Origin: TPA_inf: Saccharomyces
Taxonomy: Eukaryota
Direction: 5' to 3'
NCBI GenBank assembly: GCA_000146045.2
Contig: BK006949.2
Span: forward strand, 576,001-640,000
Length of the DNA: 64,000 nt
Under the pieces are notes generated by a model that worked only from the letters and a program-made list of their open reading frames with translations, was not told the DNA's origin and did not search any database. Position numbers and translations under genes: made by a program. The stretch's first letter is position 1. Each line of letters begins with the position of its first letter. Positions 20,750 through 32,825 of the stretch are shown in pieces.

Positions 20750-23551
20750 ATGTCTCAACAGTCTAGCTCTCCAACAAAAGAGGATAATAACTCCAGCTCC
20801 CCCGTTGTGCCTAATCCTGATTCTGTTCCACCACAGCTTTCTTCCCCAGCTCTATTTTATAGCTCCTCTTCATCACAAGGTGATATCTATGGTCGCAACA
20901 ATAGCCAGAACTTAAGTCAGGGAGAGGGAAACATCAGAGCTGCTATAGGTTCTTCTCCACTAAATTTTCCATCTTCTTCCCAAAGACAAAATTCCGATGT
21001 TTTCCAATCTCAAGGCAGACAGGGCAGAATTCGTTCTTCTGCGAGCGCTTCTGGAAGGTCTAGATATCATTCTGATCTGAGAAGTGATAGAGCACTGCCT
21101 ACTTCTTCCTCTTCTTTAGGCCGTAATGGTCAAAACCGTGTACACATGCGAAGAAATGATATTCATACATCTGATTTATCCTCTCCAAGAAGAATTGTGG
21201 ATTTTGATACTAGATCCGGCGTGAATACTTTGGATACTTCTTCTTCTTCTGCTCCTCCATCGGAAGCCAGTGAACCCTTGAGAATAATTTGGGGTACCAA
21301 CGTCAGTATCCAGGAATGTACAACTAATTTTCGTAATTTTTTGATGTCTTTCAAGTATAAATTCCGTAAAATATTGGATGAAAGGGAGGAATTCATTAAC
21401 AATACTACCGACGAAGAACTATACTATATCAAGCAGCTTAATGAAATGAGAGAACTTGGTACCTCTAATTTAAACTTGGATGCTAGAAACTTACTTGCTT
21501 ACAAGCAAACAGAAGACTTATACCATCAACTATTAAATTATCCTCAAGAAGTGATTTCTATCATGGATCAAACTATCAAGGACTGTATGGTTTCCTTAAT
21601 AGTAGACAACAATTTGGATTACGATTTAGATGAAATAGAGACCAAGTTTTATAAAGTAAGGCCTTACAATGTAGGTTCTTGTAAAGGTATGCGCGAATTG
21701 AATCCAAATGATATTGATAAATTGATAAACTTAAAGGGTCTTGTCCTGAGATCAACTCCGGTTATCCCTGATATGAAGGTAGCGTTTTTCAAATGCAACG
21801 TCTGCGATCATACAATGGCAGTGGAAATTGATAGAGGAGTTATACAAGAGCCCGCTAGGTGTGAACGTATTGATTGTAATGAACCCAATTCCATGTCACT
21901 GATTCACAACAGGTGTTCATTCGCAGATAAACAAGTCATTAAGTTACAGGAAACTCCAGACTTTGTGCCTGATGGACAAACGCCTCACTCTATCTCATTA
22001 TGTGTTTACGATGAATTAGTGGATTCTTGCAGGGCGGGCGATCGTATTGAGGTGACTGGCACGTTCAGGTCCATCCCCATTAGAGCTAATTCCAGGCAAC
22101 GCGTACTAAAGTCGTTGTATAAAACATACGTCGATGTGGTCCACGTTAAAAAAGTTTCAGATAAGAGGTTAGACGTCGATACTTCTACTATTGAACAAGA
22201 ATTAATGCAGAACAAGGTAGATCATAACGAGGTCGAAGAAGTAAGACAAATTACTGATCAGGATTTAGCAAAAATTCGCGAGGTTGCGGCAAGAGAAGAT
22301 TTATACAGTTTATTAGCCCGCTCTATTGCCCCAAGTATTTACGAGCTAGAAGATGTCAAGAAGGGTATATTACTTCAGCTATTTGGCGGCACGAATAAAA
22401 CCTTTACCAAGGGTGGCCGTTATAGAGGTGACATAAATATTTTACTTTGTGGGGATCCTTCTACTTCCAAATCGCAAATTTTGCAATACGTTCACAAAAT
22501 TACTCCTCGTGGTGTGTATACTTCGGGTAAAGGTTCATCTGCCGTTGGTTTAACTGCTTATATTACAAGGGATGTCGACACAAAACAACTTGTTTTGGAA
22601 AGTGGTGCATTAGTATTGTCTGATGGAGGTGTTTGTTGTATTGACGAGTTTGATAAAATGAGTGATTCTACAAGGTCCGTCTTGCACGAAGTCATGGAAC
22701 AGCAGACTATTTCAATCGCAAAAGCGGGAATTATCACAACACTTAATGCCAGAAGTTCTATTTTGGCCAGTGCTAACCCAATTGGTTCACGCTACAACCC
22801 CAATTTGCCTGTGACTGAAAATATTGATCTACCGCCCCCACTACTTTCGAGATTCGATCTGGTCTATCTTGTCCTTGATAAGGTTGATGAGAAAAATGAC
22901 AGAGAACTAGCCAAACACTTAACAAATCTTTACCTGGAAGATAAGCCCGAACATATTTCTCAAGACGACGTGCTACCAGTTGAATTTTTAACGATGTATA
23001 TTAGTTATGCAAAGGAGCACATACACCCAATAATCACCGAGGCCGCTAAGACTGAGCTTGTTCGTGCTTATGTAGGAATGAGAAAGATGGGTGACGATTC
23101 GAGATCCGATGAGAAGAGAATCACAGCTACCACAAGACAACTTGAAAGTATGATTCGTTTGGCTGAGGCGCACGCCAAAATGAAATTGAAAAACGTCGTA
23201 GAGCTGGAGGATGTTCAAGAAGCCGTTAGATTAATTAGATCAGCCATAAAAGATTATGCAACAGACCCTAAAACCGGTAAAATCGACATGAATTTAGTTC
23301 AAACAGGTAAATCAGTTATTCAGAGAAAACTACAGGAGGATTTGTCAAGGGAAATTATGAATGTTTTGAAGGATCAGGCATCAGACTCAATGTCATTCAA
23401 TGAGCTTATAAAACAAATCAATGAACACTCTCAAGATAGAGTTGAGTCTTCTGATATCCAGGAAGCCTTGTCAAGATTGCAACAAGAGGACAAGGTCATT
23501 GTCCTTGGCGAGGGTGTAAGGAGATCAGTTCGCCTGAATAACCGTGTCTGA
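20750..23551 (+). CDS. MCM4: MCM4/CDC54 (YPR019W), MCM2-7 replicative helicase subunit, 933 aa
   Basis: Ser/Thr-rich N-terminal tail. Zn motif CNVCDH...CERIDC. Walker A GDPSTSKSQ. Walker B/MCM box CCIDEFDKM. Arginine finger SRFDL. Confidence 0.95.
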   Translation: MSQQSSSPTKEDNNSSSPVVPNPDSVPPQLSSPALFYSSSSSQGDIYGRNNSQNLSQGEGNIRAAIGSSPLNFPSSSQRQNSDVFQSQGRQGRIRSSASASGRSRYHSDLRSDRALPTSSSSLGRNGQNRVHMRRNDIHTSDLSSPRRIVDFDTRSGVNTLDTSSSSAPPSEASEPLRIIWGTNVSIQECTTNFRNFLMSFKYKFRKILDEREEFINNTTDEELYYIKQLNEMRELGTSNLNLDARNLLAYKQTEDLYHQLLNYPQEVISIMDQTIKDCMVSLIVDNNLDYDLDEIETKFYKVRPYNVGSCKGMRELNPNDIDKLINLKGLVLRSTPVIPDMKVAFFKCNVCDHTMAVEIDRGVIQEPARCERIDCNEPNSMSLIHNRCSFADKQVIKLQETPDFVPDGQTPHSISLCVYDELVDSCRAGDRIEVTGTFRSIPIRANSRQRVLKSLYKTYVDVVHVKKVSDKRLDVDTSTIEQELMQNKVDHNEVEEVRQITDQDLAKIREVAAREDLYSLLARSIAPSIYELEDVKKGILLQLFGGTNKTFTKGGRYRGDINILLCGDPSTSKSQILQYVHKITPRGVYTSGKGSSAVGLTAYITRDVDTKQLVLESGALVLSDGGVCCIDEFDKMSDSTRSVLHEVMEQQTISIAKAGIITTLNARSSILASANPIGSRYNPNLPVTENIDLPPPLLSRFDLVYLVLDKVDEKNDRELAKHLTNLYLEDKPEHISQDDVLPVEFLTMYISYAKEHIHPIITEAAKTELVRAYVGMRKMGDDSRSDEKRITATTRQLESMIRLAEAHAKMKLKNVVELEDVQEAVRLIRSAIKDYATDPKTGKIDMNLVQTGKSVIQRKLQEDLSREIMNVLKDQASDSMSFNELIKQINEHSQDRVESSDIQEALSRLQQEDKVIVLGEGVRRSVRLNNRV

Positions 23552-23869
23552 TGCTGTCTACTACAATCATTCCCTGCGTAACAATTAATAAATACTAATT
23601 AATTATAGCAAGTTTGTATTTTTTACATCCTTATGCTTTGTAACACTATTCAATACTGTATGTAGGCTCGATTGAGTGGGCGGCTTTTTTCTTATTCCTG
23701 ATTGGCTGAAAGAAAATATTGTTAAACGCACTAAATTTATCCCGAAGGATGATTACATTTAAAGACCGAAAAATGAAGATGCAAAGATCCCTCATATTTT
23801 CTACTCCAGTCCAAATCGACAAGATAAACCTGCCGATAAATCATATTTCAGAACGCTAATCAATTCATC

Positions 23870-24217
23870 ATGCTAAGCAGGATCCAAAATTATACCAGTG
23901 GGTTGGTTTCTAAAGCAAATCTTTTGTCATCAAAGGCTTTATACTATGGTAAAGTCGGTGCCGAGATTTCAAAACAGATTTATTTAAAAGAGGGTCTTCA
24001 ACCACCAACTGTTGCCCAGTTCAAATCAGTGTATTCGAACCTTTATAAGCAGAGCCTAAACTTTGCTCTAAAGCCTACAGAAGTTTTATCGTGTTTAAAA
24101 AACATCCAAAAGAATGAACTATTAAAATATGGCGCATATGGTATTCAGTTGATAGGGTTTTATTCTGTCGGTGAAATAATTGGAAGAAGAAAATTAGTGG
24201 GATATAAACATCACTAA
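23870..24217 (+). CDS. ATP20: ATP20 (YPR020W), mitochondrial F1Fo ATP synthase subunit g, 115 aa
   Basis: 115-aa ORF starting MLSRIQNYTSGLVSKANLLSSKALYYGKVGAEISKQIYLKEG. The C-terminus has a GxxxG-type TM (GIQLIGFYSVGEIIG). Confidence 0.9.
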   Translation: MLSRIQNYTSGLVSKANLLSSKALYYGKVGAEISKQIYLKEGLQPPTVAQFKSVYSNLYKQSLNFALKPTEVLSCLKNIQKNELLKYGAYGIQLIGFYSVGEIIGRRKLVGYKHH

Positions 24218-24648
24218 GCTTTTTAATTCTATCTATTCGCAAAACCCTTGTATATTCGTTAATTAAATTAAATCAATGTACAAATAGAACAAAACTAGAA
24301 AAAAGAATATATATTCATCTCAATTCTATTTATTTTCTTTTCATGACATACAATGGCATTAAAAGCGATATCGAGTTATATTACATTAGCTTCTTGCCGC
24401 CAGTTATTTATGAAATAGGCCAATATAACTTTTCTGTAAAAAAGAAAACTTGACCTCAGAGCTTTCATTACACTTATTAAGAACAACATACTTGTTGCAC
24501 TATAGTAAAAACTACAGTGAAATTGATCTCAGGATCATTAGTAATTTTTCTCACTATAAGAAAAAAAAAAAAACATATATTTTGCTATGAATTATAATAA
24601 GTAAATATATACATATATATGTACAGAGAAACTGACGAAGAAAATAAA

Positions 24649-27357
24649 TCACCCGTTAATGCTTCTTAGGTGCTCTTGAAAGTTTTTATAAACTGAAGAG
24701 TCAAACCTAGAAAAGTTATTGTCCAAATCAATGAATGTTTTCGCAATTTGACAGCTTTTATAGTAATAATTGGCATGTTTTCTATCATCAGAGTAAAACT
24801 TTTGCTGTGGGAGTTCACCGTTACTATGAACTACTGTCTCTTCATTGCCTGCGTCGTCATCGATACAAAATCTCTTCCTACCCTCTCTGCTTTTTAATTT
24901 GTTATCGGGGGAGGGAATAAAGCCCTTGAATAATTCATAGGCGGCCAGAGTGAACCCAAATTGGGGAGAACTTCTTAGGACACGGGCTCCACCACCTTTG
25001 AAAAAGCTTCTAAAGCTCTCTTCCTTTAAGATAGTTCGGATAGCATGAAATATACCGTTATACTTTGTCTCACCTTTTCGAGGATCTATCTGGAGCCTTG
25101 TTTTTATAACATCAAAAGGAGTAGTCAAGAAGGCAGCTGGCATACCAGCAATGGCACCGGCAGTTAAAAGCTCCCATGTTTTTAATCGATTCCTCTTTGT
25201 TTTATCATTTGGATCAAAATCAAAGAGATCTTTTTTTAAATGTGCATAAGTGGGAAAATAAATAGCAGAGAATGGAACATCTCTCATTAAACATGCGGCT
25301 ACACCATTGTACAAGCCCCTCAGTCCTAATTTTTTGACTATTTGAGTGGCAGTTTCATTGGCTTGTTGTATGTTTTCACCAACATAGTCGGATTGGACCT
25401 GTAGCCTAATTTTTACAATCTCTAACGGATTAGTAAATATAACTTGACATGCACCAGCTGAAGCGCCAGAAATAATTTCAGGAAAAAGGCTTAGCTTGCC
25501 GTTTTTATCAGTCAACCTGTTTCTCATAAAATCATTGACAGTCAATTTTATCGCCTTTTCAGGAGCAACTCCTATTAATTGTGGCCCTAAGCCAGAGTAG
25601 AGACCTTTTATTCCTTCGCGGGATATAATCTTCAACAAACAATCAATTGAGTTTTTGTATTGGGCTAAAGATCTTTGGGCTTGCATCCTTGTTTTTATAA
25701 AGTCTATTGGGTATACTACAGTTGCACCAATACAACCCGCAATAGAACCCAAGGAGAAATTGTACAACGAATCGAAAATTGGATAAAAGTAGTAATTAAT
25801 ATACAATGACTCATTTTGATTTTTTTGCAATTCCATTTGGTGAACTAAGTCGTTCAGGTAATTTGGGTTCAAAATTTTCATGAAATCTTCAATTGTTAAG
25901 TCAGAACGCATCGTTGCTTTATCTTTTTTACCTCCAAATACAGATTCAAACAAGCCAGTACTCGCTTTTGAAGCTTTTTTAACACCAGAGTCTTGGTCAA
26001 ATCCATCCGAGAGATCATGATAATAGTCATTAAAACTTTCTAAATTTTTTCTGGATCTGCTTACTCCATGCAAATACTCATTATGGATAAAAAAATCAAT
26101 ATCTGAATCATAATGGTGATCATTTAATAGCTCGTCATCTCGATCTTGATTTCTCTTTCTTAATCTTCTGTTTTCCTTTGAATTTGCGACGATAGAAAAT
26201 AGTAGGTTGATTTGGGAAGGAGAGAACTCAATGATATTGTTTACTTTGTTATACTGGGCGTTTAAAACTGTCATAAAGTCATTTTTAGTAACTATTTGTT
26301 CCCTAATATCCTGCTCATTCAAATTATTTTCAGTAACATACTTGTGAAATATTTGGTTCAGTAGGTCAAAATTTTGAAATAAATAAAATATATCCTTGAA
26401 TACATTGTACGGAATGGAATTATTGTCCGCTTTTAGTAATTCGGTGTTTGATAGATTCAAGGAGGAAAATATATCTGCAGACACCCTGTGAGAGTAAAAT
26501 AACCTTAGAAGATAGGTGAGTTGATTTTTGCTTAGGGCTAAACGATGCCCTTGTGAGTCCATCTGTGCCAACCTATCAAAACCTATAAATATTTTTTCAT
26601 TCTTAAGATCATTTTGTAAAATCGTGACCAGAGAGTTTAAACTCAAATACTCTTCATTTTCATGATAACATTTGTAAAATTTCAGAAATCGAAAGTCATT
26701 CCAATCAAGTAGTAATTTGTTATCTTTAACAAAATTATCATCAATAGATTCGTGCAACAGGCGGATAGTATCTTTGAATTGGTTCAGATTCAAAAGAAGA
26801 TCATCAAAGCTTAGAAATCTGTTACCATAATTAATTGACTTAATTCGATCATCTGCAGCCTTTAAATTAAACGACGAACTACCAAGCTCTTTTTTTTGTT
26901 TTGCCTTCAAATTCTCTACATCAAATTTCCTAAAGAACTCATATAGAATAATGAGATGATAATTATCATATTCTAATAAATTATTAAAATAAAACCAATC
27001 ATTAAGCGTCAGATATCCCTTGTTTTGTTCATCAATAGCGAAGAAAATACACCCGAAAACGTTCTTGGGTATCTGGTTCAAATTGAACGAATGGTCCGTA
27101 AACTTCGAATAAATAGTCTTTGAGCTAGATATCAGTTCAATGAAATCGTCGTATGTTAAAATTAGTTCTCCTGTAAGCTTCTCCGTGTCAGGTTTCCCAT
27201 TTCCTGCTGTGAGTTTACTGGAGTTCACTGTCGGCATATCTAACATACCATTACTGATACTAATAGGCTTGTCCTCTTTTGTAAGGACACTTGCAAAATA
27301 TTTGAATACTTCCAATTGTTGCTTCTTTTTTCTACTGTTCGAATTGATTTGCTCCAT
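24649..27357 (-). CDS. AGC1: AGC1 (YPR021C), mitochondrial aspartate/glutamate carrier with a long N-terminal extension, 902 aa
   Basis: Track ORF is 913 aa. The first ATG at 27357 (MEQINSNSRKKK...) gives 902 aa. The C-terminal 300 aa hold three Mito_carr repeats (PIDFIKTRMQ, PLEIVKIRLQ, PFDVIKTRLQ). Confidence 0.9.
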   Translation of the reverse strand: MEQINSNSRKKKQQLEVFKYFASVLTKEDKPISISNGMLDMPTVNSSKLTAGNGKPDTEKLTGELILTYDDFIELISSSKTIYSKFTDHSFNLNQIPKNVFGCIFFAIDEQNKGYLTLNDWFYFNNLLEYDNYHLIILYEFFRKFDVENLKAKQKKELGSSSFNLKAADDRIKSINYGNRFLSFDDLLLNLNQFKDTIRLLHESIDDNFVKDNKLLLDWNDFRFLKFYKCYHENEEYLSLNSLVTILQNDLKNEKIFIGFDRLAQMDSQGHRLALSKNQLTYLLRLFYSHRVSADIFSSLNLSNTELLKADNNSIPYNVFKDIFYLFQNFDLLNQIFHKYVTENNLNEQDIREQIVTKNDFMTVLNAQYNKVNNIIEFSPSQINLLFSIVANSKENRRLRKRNQDRDDELLNDHHYDSDIDFFIHNEYLHGVSRSRKNLESFNDYYHDLSDGFDQDSGVKKASKASTGLFESVFGGKKDKATMRSDLTIEDFMKILNPNYLNDLVHQMELQKNQNESLYINYYFYPIFDSLYNFSLGSIAGCIGATVVYPIDFIKTRMQAQRSLAQYKNSIDCLLKIISREGIKGLYSGLGPQLIGVAPEKAIKLTVNDFMRNRLTDKNGKLSLFPEIISGASAGACQVIFTNPLEIVKIRLQVQSDYVGENIQQANETATQIVKKLGLRGLYNGVAACLMRDVPFSAIYFPTYAHLKKDLFDFDPNDKTKRNRLKTWELLTAGAIAGMPAAFLTTPFDVIKTRLQIDPRKGETKYNGIFHAIRTILKEESFRSFFKGGGARVLRSSPQFGFTLAAYELFKGFIPSPDNKLKSREGRKRFCIDDDAGNEETVVHSNGELPQQKFYSDDRKHANYYYKSCQIAKTFIDLDNNFSRFDSSVYKNFQEHLRSING

Positions 27358-27910
27358 AATAGTATAATAATTCTTTAAGGTCGGTAGCAAAGCTGCATAC
27401 TTTCAAACTACGCTATGAAAGTTATGTACTTTTCCAGTGAAATATGTTCACAAAGAAGGGATCAGGCTACTTCGAAAATTATGGCAAACGCGAGGTTGTG
27501 AGATAAAACTTGAAAGTCTGGTGAGATTAGATATCAAATCTTAACATATAAAAGACAGGTTCGTCTTGAGGTATTTATCTATCTTCGAAATATTTTTTTC
27601 TTTGCTTCGAATACTGGTTAATTCTGAGATTCAATATATGTTTCGAGATGTTTTTCCAACATGCCGGCAGTACTCCCCTAAAGCGATGCTGCAGAAATTT
27701 TTCATAACCGCTTGCAGTGGGATGACCAATAAAGAAAGCTCTTTCTCCTACGTAAAACATAGATCATACTTACATGTAAAATATGAAGCGCAATTATATA
27801 CAGTGTCGATTTTATTTAACAATTTCACAGCTGGCAGTTTACAAATGTTTTCATAACCATTTCATTAATCTAACAATAAATATGATGATTTACCAATATA
27901 CGAATATAAA

Positions 27911-30900
27911 CTAAACATCAAACATGTTATGACAAGTGGGTGACGTTTTCCCTAGGCTCCTTTCCAAACAATTATCGAAGAGTTTTCCGAATTCGCGCCC
28001 TAAATCCCAGTAGCTCTTGTTGAAAATATCTCTCATAAACTGCATCATCCCGCATAGAAAGTGGGTATTAGAAATATGTTGAAGTAAACTCGCTTTTGCC
28101 CAAACGTCATTCTGAAAGCTAACTACATCGAGTGAGCTATCCACATATAAGTTCCGATACATTCTCAATAGGTAAACTTCAAAACTTTCTATTGGAATGT
28201 AATTGTTCTTTTCCTTTAAATTGTTGTTTGCAATCGTCGATCCATTATTATCAGTATTGCCTAGAATGTTTCCACCATTGCTGTCATCTGGTTGAAAGCA
28301 TTCATCCTTTGAGGCTTCTGTATTATCCCATATGCTAACTTCACAGCCATGTAATGCAAAATTACAAGACCAAATTAGGAGTGAAGTTAATGCAATCGCA
28401 TAGGGTCTAGTAATCACAGGATCAGAATTTATATTGTAGCTCTTCACTACGGTTGGAACGTTATTTTCCTTAATGATAAACATTTCAAATAAGAACTGGA
28501 AGGCATAGACTACAGCTACACCCCCATTGTAGGGGTCCTTAGCGAACTGGAGAATCCTGCGACTGATCATGTCATATTCATCGCGACCAATTGGTACATT
28601 CATTCTCCAAGGTGCTCCTGCATATATGTAATAATCATGATGAAGAATACGTAGGACAATTTGAGAGATATGAATAACGGGAATTTTACAATTTGACGGA
28701 TTATCGGAGGAAAGCAAGTCCAAATCATCATCACATAGTCCATCTCCATTATCCTCGTCAATTTTTCTGTTCGTTAGTGTCTCCTCAGATGGAGTACTTA
28801 TCCTACATGCTTTCGGATCAGTGCAGCTTTTCTGAACTTCGTGAAGCCAATAGTTCATTGCAAATGATAAAATATCTTTCCATGAAAGGCCTAAATGATC
28901 AGTGATTCCGCCCCTAAAGTTAGTAATGAAATAGTCACCATTAACTTCCTCTTGACATTGAAATAAGATCGAAATTATCCCCGCCAAAAGAATCTTTTTA
29001 CCAAAAAGACTCTGAATATTCCAATCTGTAGTGCTTTCCAAGTCTGTAGGGGTACTCTCTATTCCACCATTGTTGACTTTGTTTCTCCGTATATTATTAT
29101 TTCGTAAGATTTGAATGACATTTTTCATTAATTGCATTAACGCAGACAAAAATGTATTATTCTCATCTCTCTTTGTGCTGCCATACCCATGCTCCATCAG
29201 AGTTTCATAGCTCAAATCATAAGATTCCCACACTTGATCTGGACAGGGTAAAGTTAGTTGAATCTGATTGCTATTAATAAATAAATTCCAGTATCCAAAC
29301 ACTACAGCATGTGTAGTGTCCATATAAAATGCGTAGAAAGCTATTCTTTTCAACATTTCAAAATCAATCCATCTTTTATAAACTTCTTGTGGGTCTTGAA
29401 TTGAATTTTCCCCAGAGGTTTTGCCGGTTTTGACCATTAAGGGATGGCCGCCTAAAGAGGGCGTTCGCCTTAGCAATTGAATGGTCGTTCCGTGATGTAA
29501 AAAAGACCTTTCATGTAAATACCTGTTCGTACTTGTTTTTTCATATCCTTCGACTAATAATAAACTTTGAATGATGTAGGTTTTAGAAGGTGGTTGAAAA
29601 TCAGCATGAGAAAAAATTATCCATCTTAGAGGACCACAAATTGGGTCACTAATCTGTTCACGATACTCGCTTCCCAAAAAACTTGCGCCAGTCATAATTA
29701 GTGCCAAATTCAAAATTGCAGGCTGTTTATCAACGTGAAAAGAGGGTTTGTGAAGCAGACCGTATTGTGGATGGAAGTTCAACCAGAAGGATTTTAACGA
29801 TTTGTGTATAGATTCAATAGAGACATAGCGTAATTCTGGAACAAATGAAAACATTTCTTGACATTTTTCTTTTGATATCTTATACTTTGTTAAGGGATCC
29901 GGATGGAAAAATGACGGGACACTTTTCATAGAGTGACGCAACTGTTCCTTGTAGTTCAGAGAGGAATTGTTTCCTACTCCTGAATCTTTAGATGATCTCC
30001 GTTTTAGCTCGTTGATATTAAGCTTCTGACTGGAAAGATTGTCCTTCACTGAAGTACTGGGGTTATCGTTGAACTTCGGTTGTGCTTTGGGAATTTTAAT
30101 GTTATCTTGTGGTAACTCAAACATAACTGGAGGATTCTGGAACCCTTCGTCTTGTTGAACAGGTTTTTCATTAGGTGGGATTGTATTCTTGTCAGAAAAT
30201 GTATCTTCAATACTTACTTGCGGGGCTTCAGAAAGTTCTTGCATGAAAGATTGTAATGGGTCGCTGTTCAAAAAATTTGTAGAAAAAAGGTCCTGCATAA
30301 CTGACAAATTAGCACCGCTAGAGGAAGATGTTAATGGATCTCCAAATGGATTCTGGGGTGGTAATTGTTGTTGTTGTTGTTGTTGCTGTTGCTGTTGCTG
30401 TTGCTGTTGGGCAAGCTTTTGCTGCTGAAAGTACTGTTCCTGTTGTTGATCCTGGGTAAGTGGCTGGAGTGGCTGCTGATATGAACTACTTGCAAAATTT
30501 CTGTCTTGATATCGTTGCTGCTGCACGGCTGGATTGATATTCATATTTTGGTCATTGCCATTACCGTTGTTATTCGCTGCATCCACTTCAAAACCATTAA
30601 CGCCTGTACGGTTATCAAATATCAAATTAAAAAATTGATTACCATTTTGACCGTTGTTCCTTATTCGAGGATCATACGATGGAAAAGTAGGACTTGCTTG
30701 CTGTGGATGCATTTGTTGCTGCAACATAGGTTGTTGCAATGGTGCCCGCAGTTGCTGCGGGAATTGAAGTTGCTGCAGTTGTTGAATTTGTTGTGGTTGT
30801 TGTGATTGCTGAACCTGTTGAGGTTGTTGAGCCTGTTGAAGAAAAGGACGAAATTTTGATTCTTGTGTGATAGATGGTGGTGGATTCACAGAATTTTTTA

Positions 30901-31312
30901 TTAAGTTAATCGTAGAAGTTCCACTTTGCGTAGAAAGGGGTACTTCACTGGGATTATATGGTGCATTTTTGGAGAAGTCCTTATTTGATGAGGAAATCTG
31001 GTCCTTGCTTGGCCGACTTAATCTGTTTTTCACCTTTGAATGCCTCTTTTCATGTCTGATCAGTAAATCTTTCCTTACAAACGTTTTATTGCAAGGCGCA
31101 TTTGTAGTAGGAAGCACGTAAGAACAAACATATATCTCTTTCGGCCAGTGGTTTAGCTTGTGTCTTGATAAATGTTCCTGACGTGAGAAAGTTTTATTAC
31201 ATTCGGGATGTGGACACCTAAATCTTTCAGCAGGAGAAGAGCTTGAATTTGGTGATAAATCGTTATCATTTTCCCTTTTCCGGAGCCTGCCAGCCAACTC
31301 TTTGCCGTGCAT
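27911..31312 (-). CDS. SDD4: SDD4 (YPR022C), C2H2 zinc-finger protein with a Q/N-rich region and fungal transcription-factor middle domain, 1133 aa
   Basis: The track start at 31321 is TTG. The first ATG is at 31312 (MHGKELAGR...). It has two N-terminal C2H2 fingers ([23 protein letters not shown]; [18 protein letters not shown]) and a Q16 run. Confidence 0.85.
30365..30412 (-). repeat. SDD4: (CAA/CAG)n trinucleotide repeat encoding Q16 in SDD4
   Basis: The plus strand reads ttgttgttgttgttgttgctgttgctgttgctgttgctgttg, within a broader Q-rich block spanning 30180-30850. Confidence 0.9.
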
Positions 31313-32825
31313 TTTTGCCAATATTAAGAGCTAGCTTCACTGCTTTATTGGTCACTTTTTATAATTATAAACATAGTAGATGAGTCCTAGAATCTCAATA
31401 CAGCCTTTAAAACTATTAAAGAAGCTGTTCGCAACTCACAAAAAAAATAAAAAAATAAAGCAGAACGAAAAAAAAAAAAAACAAAAAAAACAGTTAACTA
31501 TTCTAATTACTTAGAATCTTTAAAAGTCTTACTGTAATTCGATCAGTGGAGAAGGAAAGCGCACATGTGATATCTCGCAATTTCTTCTCAAACTACCTTG
31601 ACAGTAATTTTTCTTAAAAACGATTGGCTCCTACATGAAATCCACGAAAAAGCACGGTAGTCTTGTTAGAGGACACTGATATACGAGGAAAGAATTGATA
31701 AAGCGGAAGGTCTTTGGAAACAATTCAAGACCGATGACATAACTTTTAAGAGGTAGGTGGGGAAGCCCATATGGAGAATTTTAAAAGCAATAGGGTGCTC
31801 GCTTCCAAGCAAATTAGTACTTTTTTTTTTTTTTTAGCAGGAGAATAAAGCTTCAAGCTAATGCACTAGAGTTCGAGGTGCATCATTTCAGTTTTTTTTG
31901 CTAGGGCATAATTGATCAGCCTGTTAAACTCATTGCATAGTCAGTAAATTTACAATCCCCGAAAATAATGGTTCCCTTAAATAAGCGAGTTAAGGACTTT
32001 TTTTTTTTTTTACAGCAGTAGACCAACCTGTACATGTTTCATAGTCAAGTAATAGCCTGACGAATATCAAACGTTTCCTCTTTTTCATTCCTTTCCTTCA
32101 AATGCCTTGGGTTGAAAGGATAGACGTGTATTTAATGCAAGCTCTATCTATAATGAGTGTTATTACAATTGTTATGCTTCTGCATTGAGCGATGAATAAA
32201 TATAAACAACTCCTTTTCGAACAACTTGTAATTATCCTACGCTTTTGCCTGAGGTCCTTTTTAGCCATTGACAACAAGCAAGTGTCTTTCTGTATGAAGT
32301 AAACCCTGCATAAAGTTGTTTTTTGCTGCGTCAGAGGGTTAATGACTTCGAAAGACCCTTTTCTCATATAAGACGCGCCACAGAAGAATGCGCACGACAA
32401 CGGACTATTTTAGATTATATAATGGCGCGTGTGATGCTGCTTTAATCATGTTGCATAGACCATGCAATTACACTAAAAATATAAAACAAGGAGCCCTGGA
32501 CAGAACTTGGTAGTGTGCAAACGAGTAAGTGAAGATGATAGTACATTATATACGAAGCTCTTAGTAAGCTCATACTAGATGCGAAACGATGGATACGTCA
32601 GAAAAATAACAAAAATAAAATATAATCATTAATGATGTTTTAACTCGACAAGCCCCTTTCAGAGCTGCCATTACCCTAAGAACCTTGCAAAGAGAATAAA
32701 CTTGAATTTCGTAAAGTGCCACGAACAGTGTCCATATTCTTACACGAGATATTCTGTGAAGAGTTATTGCATAAATACGGAAGAACTAAATACTAGAAAT
32801 AATCCCAAGCTAGAATATAAACGTC

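Noticed and set aside
24649-27390. EF-hand calcium-binding motifs in the AGC1 N-terminal extension
   Set aside because: Mammalian aralar and citrin orthologs have EF hands. The yeast N-terminal region shows no canonical DxDxDG loops on inspection, so no calcium-binding annotation is made.
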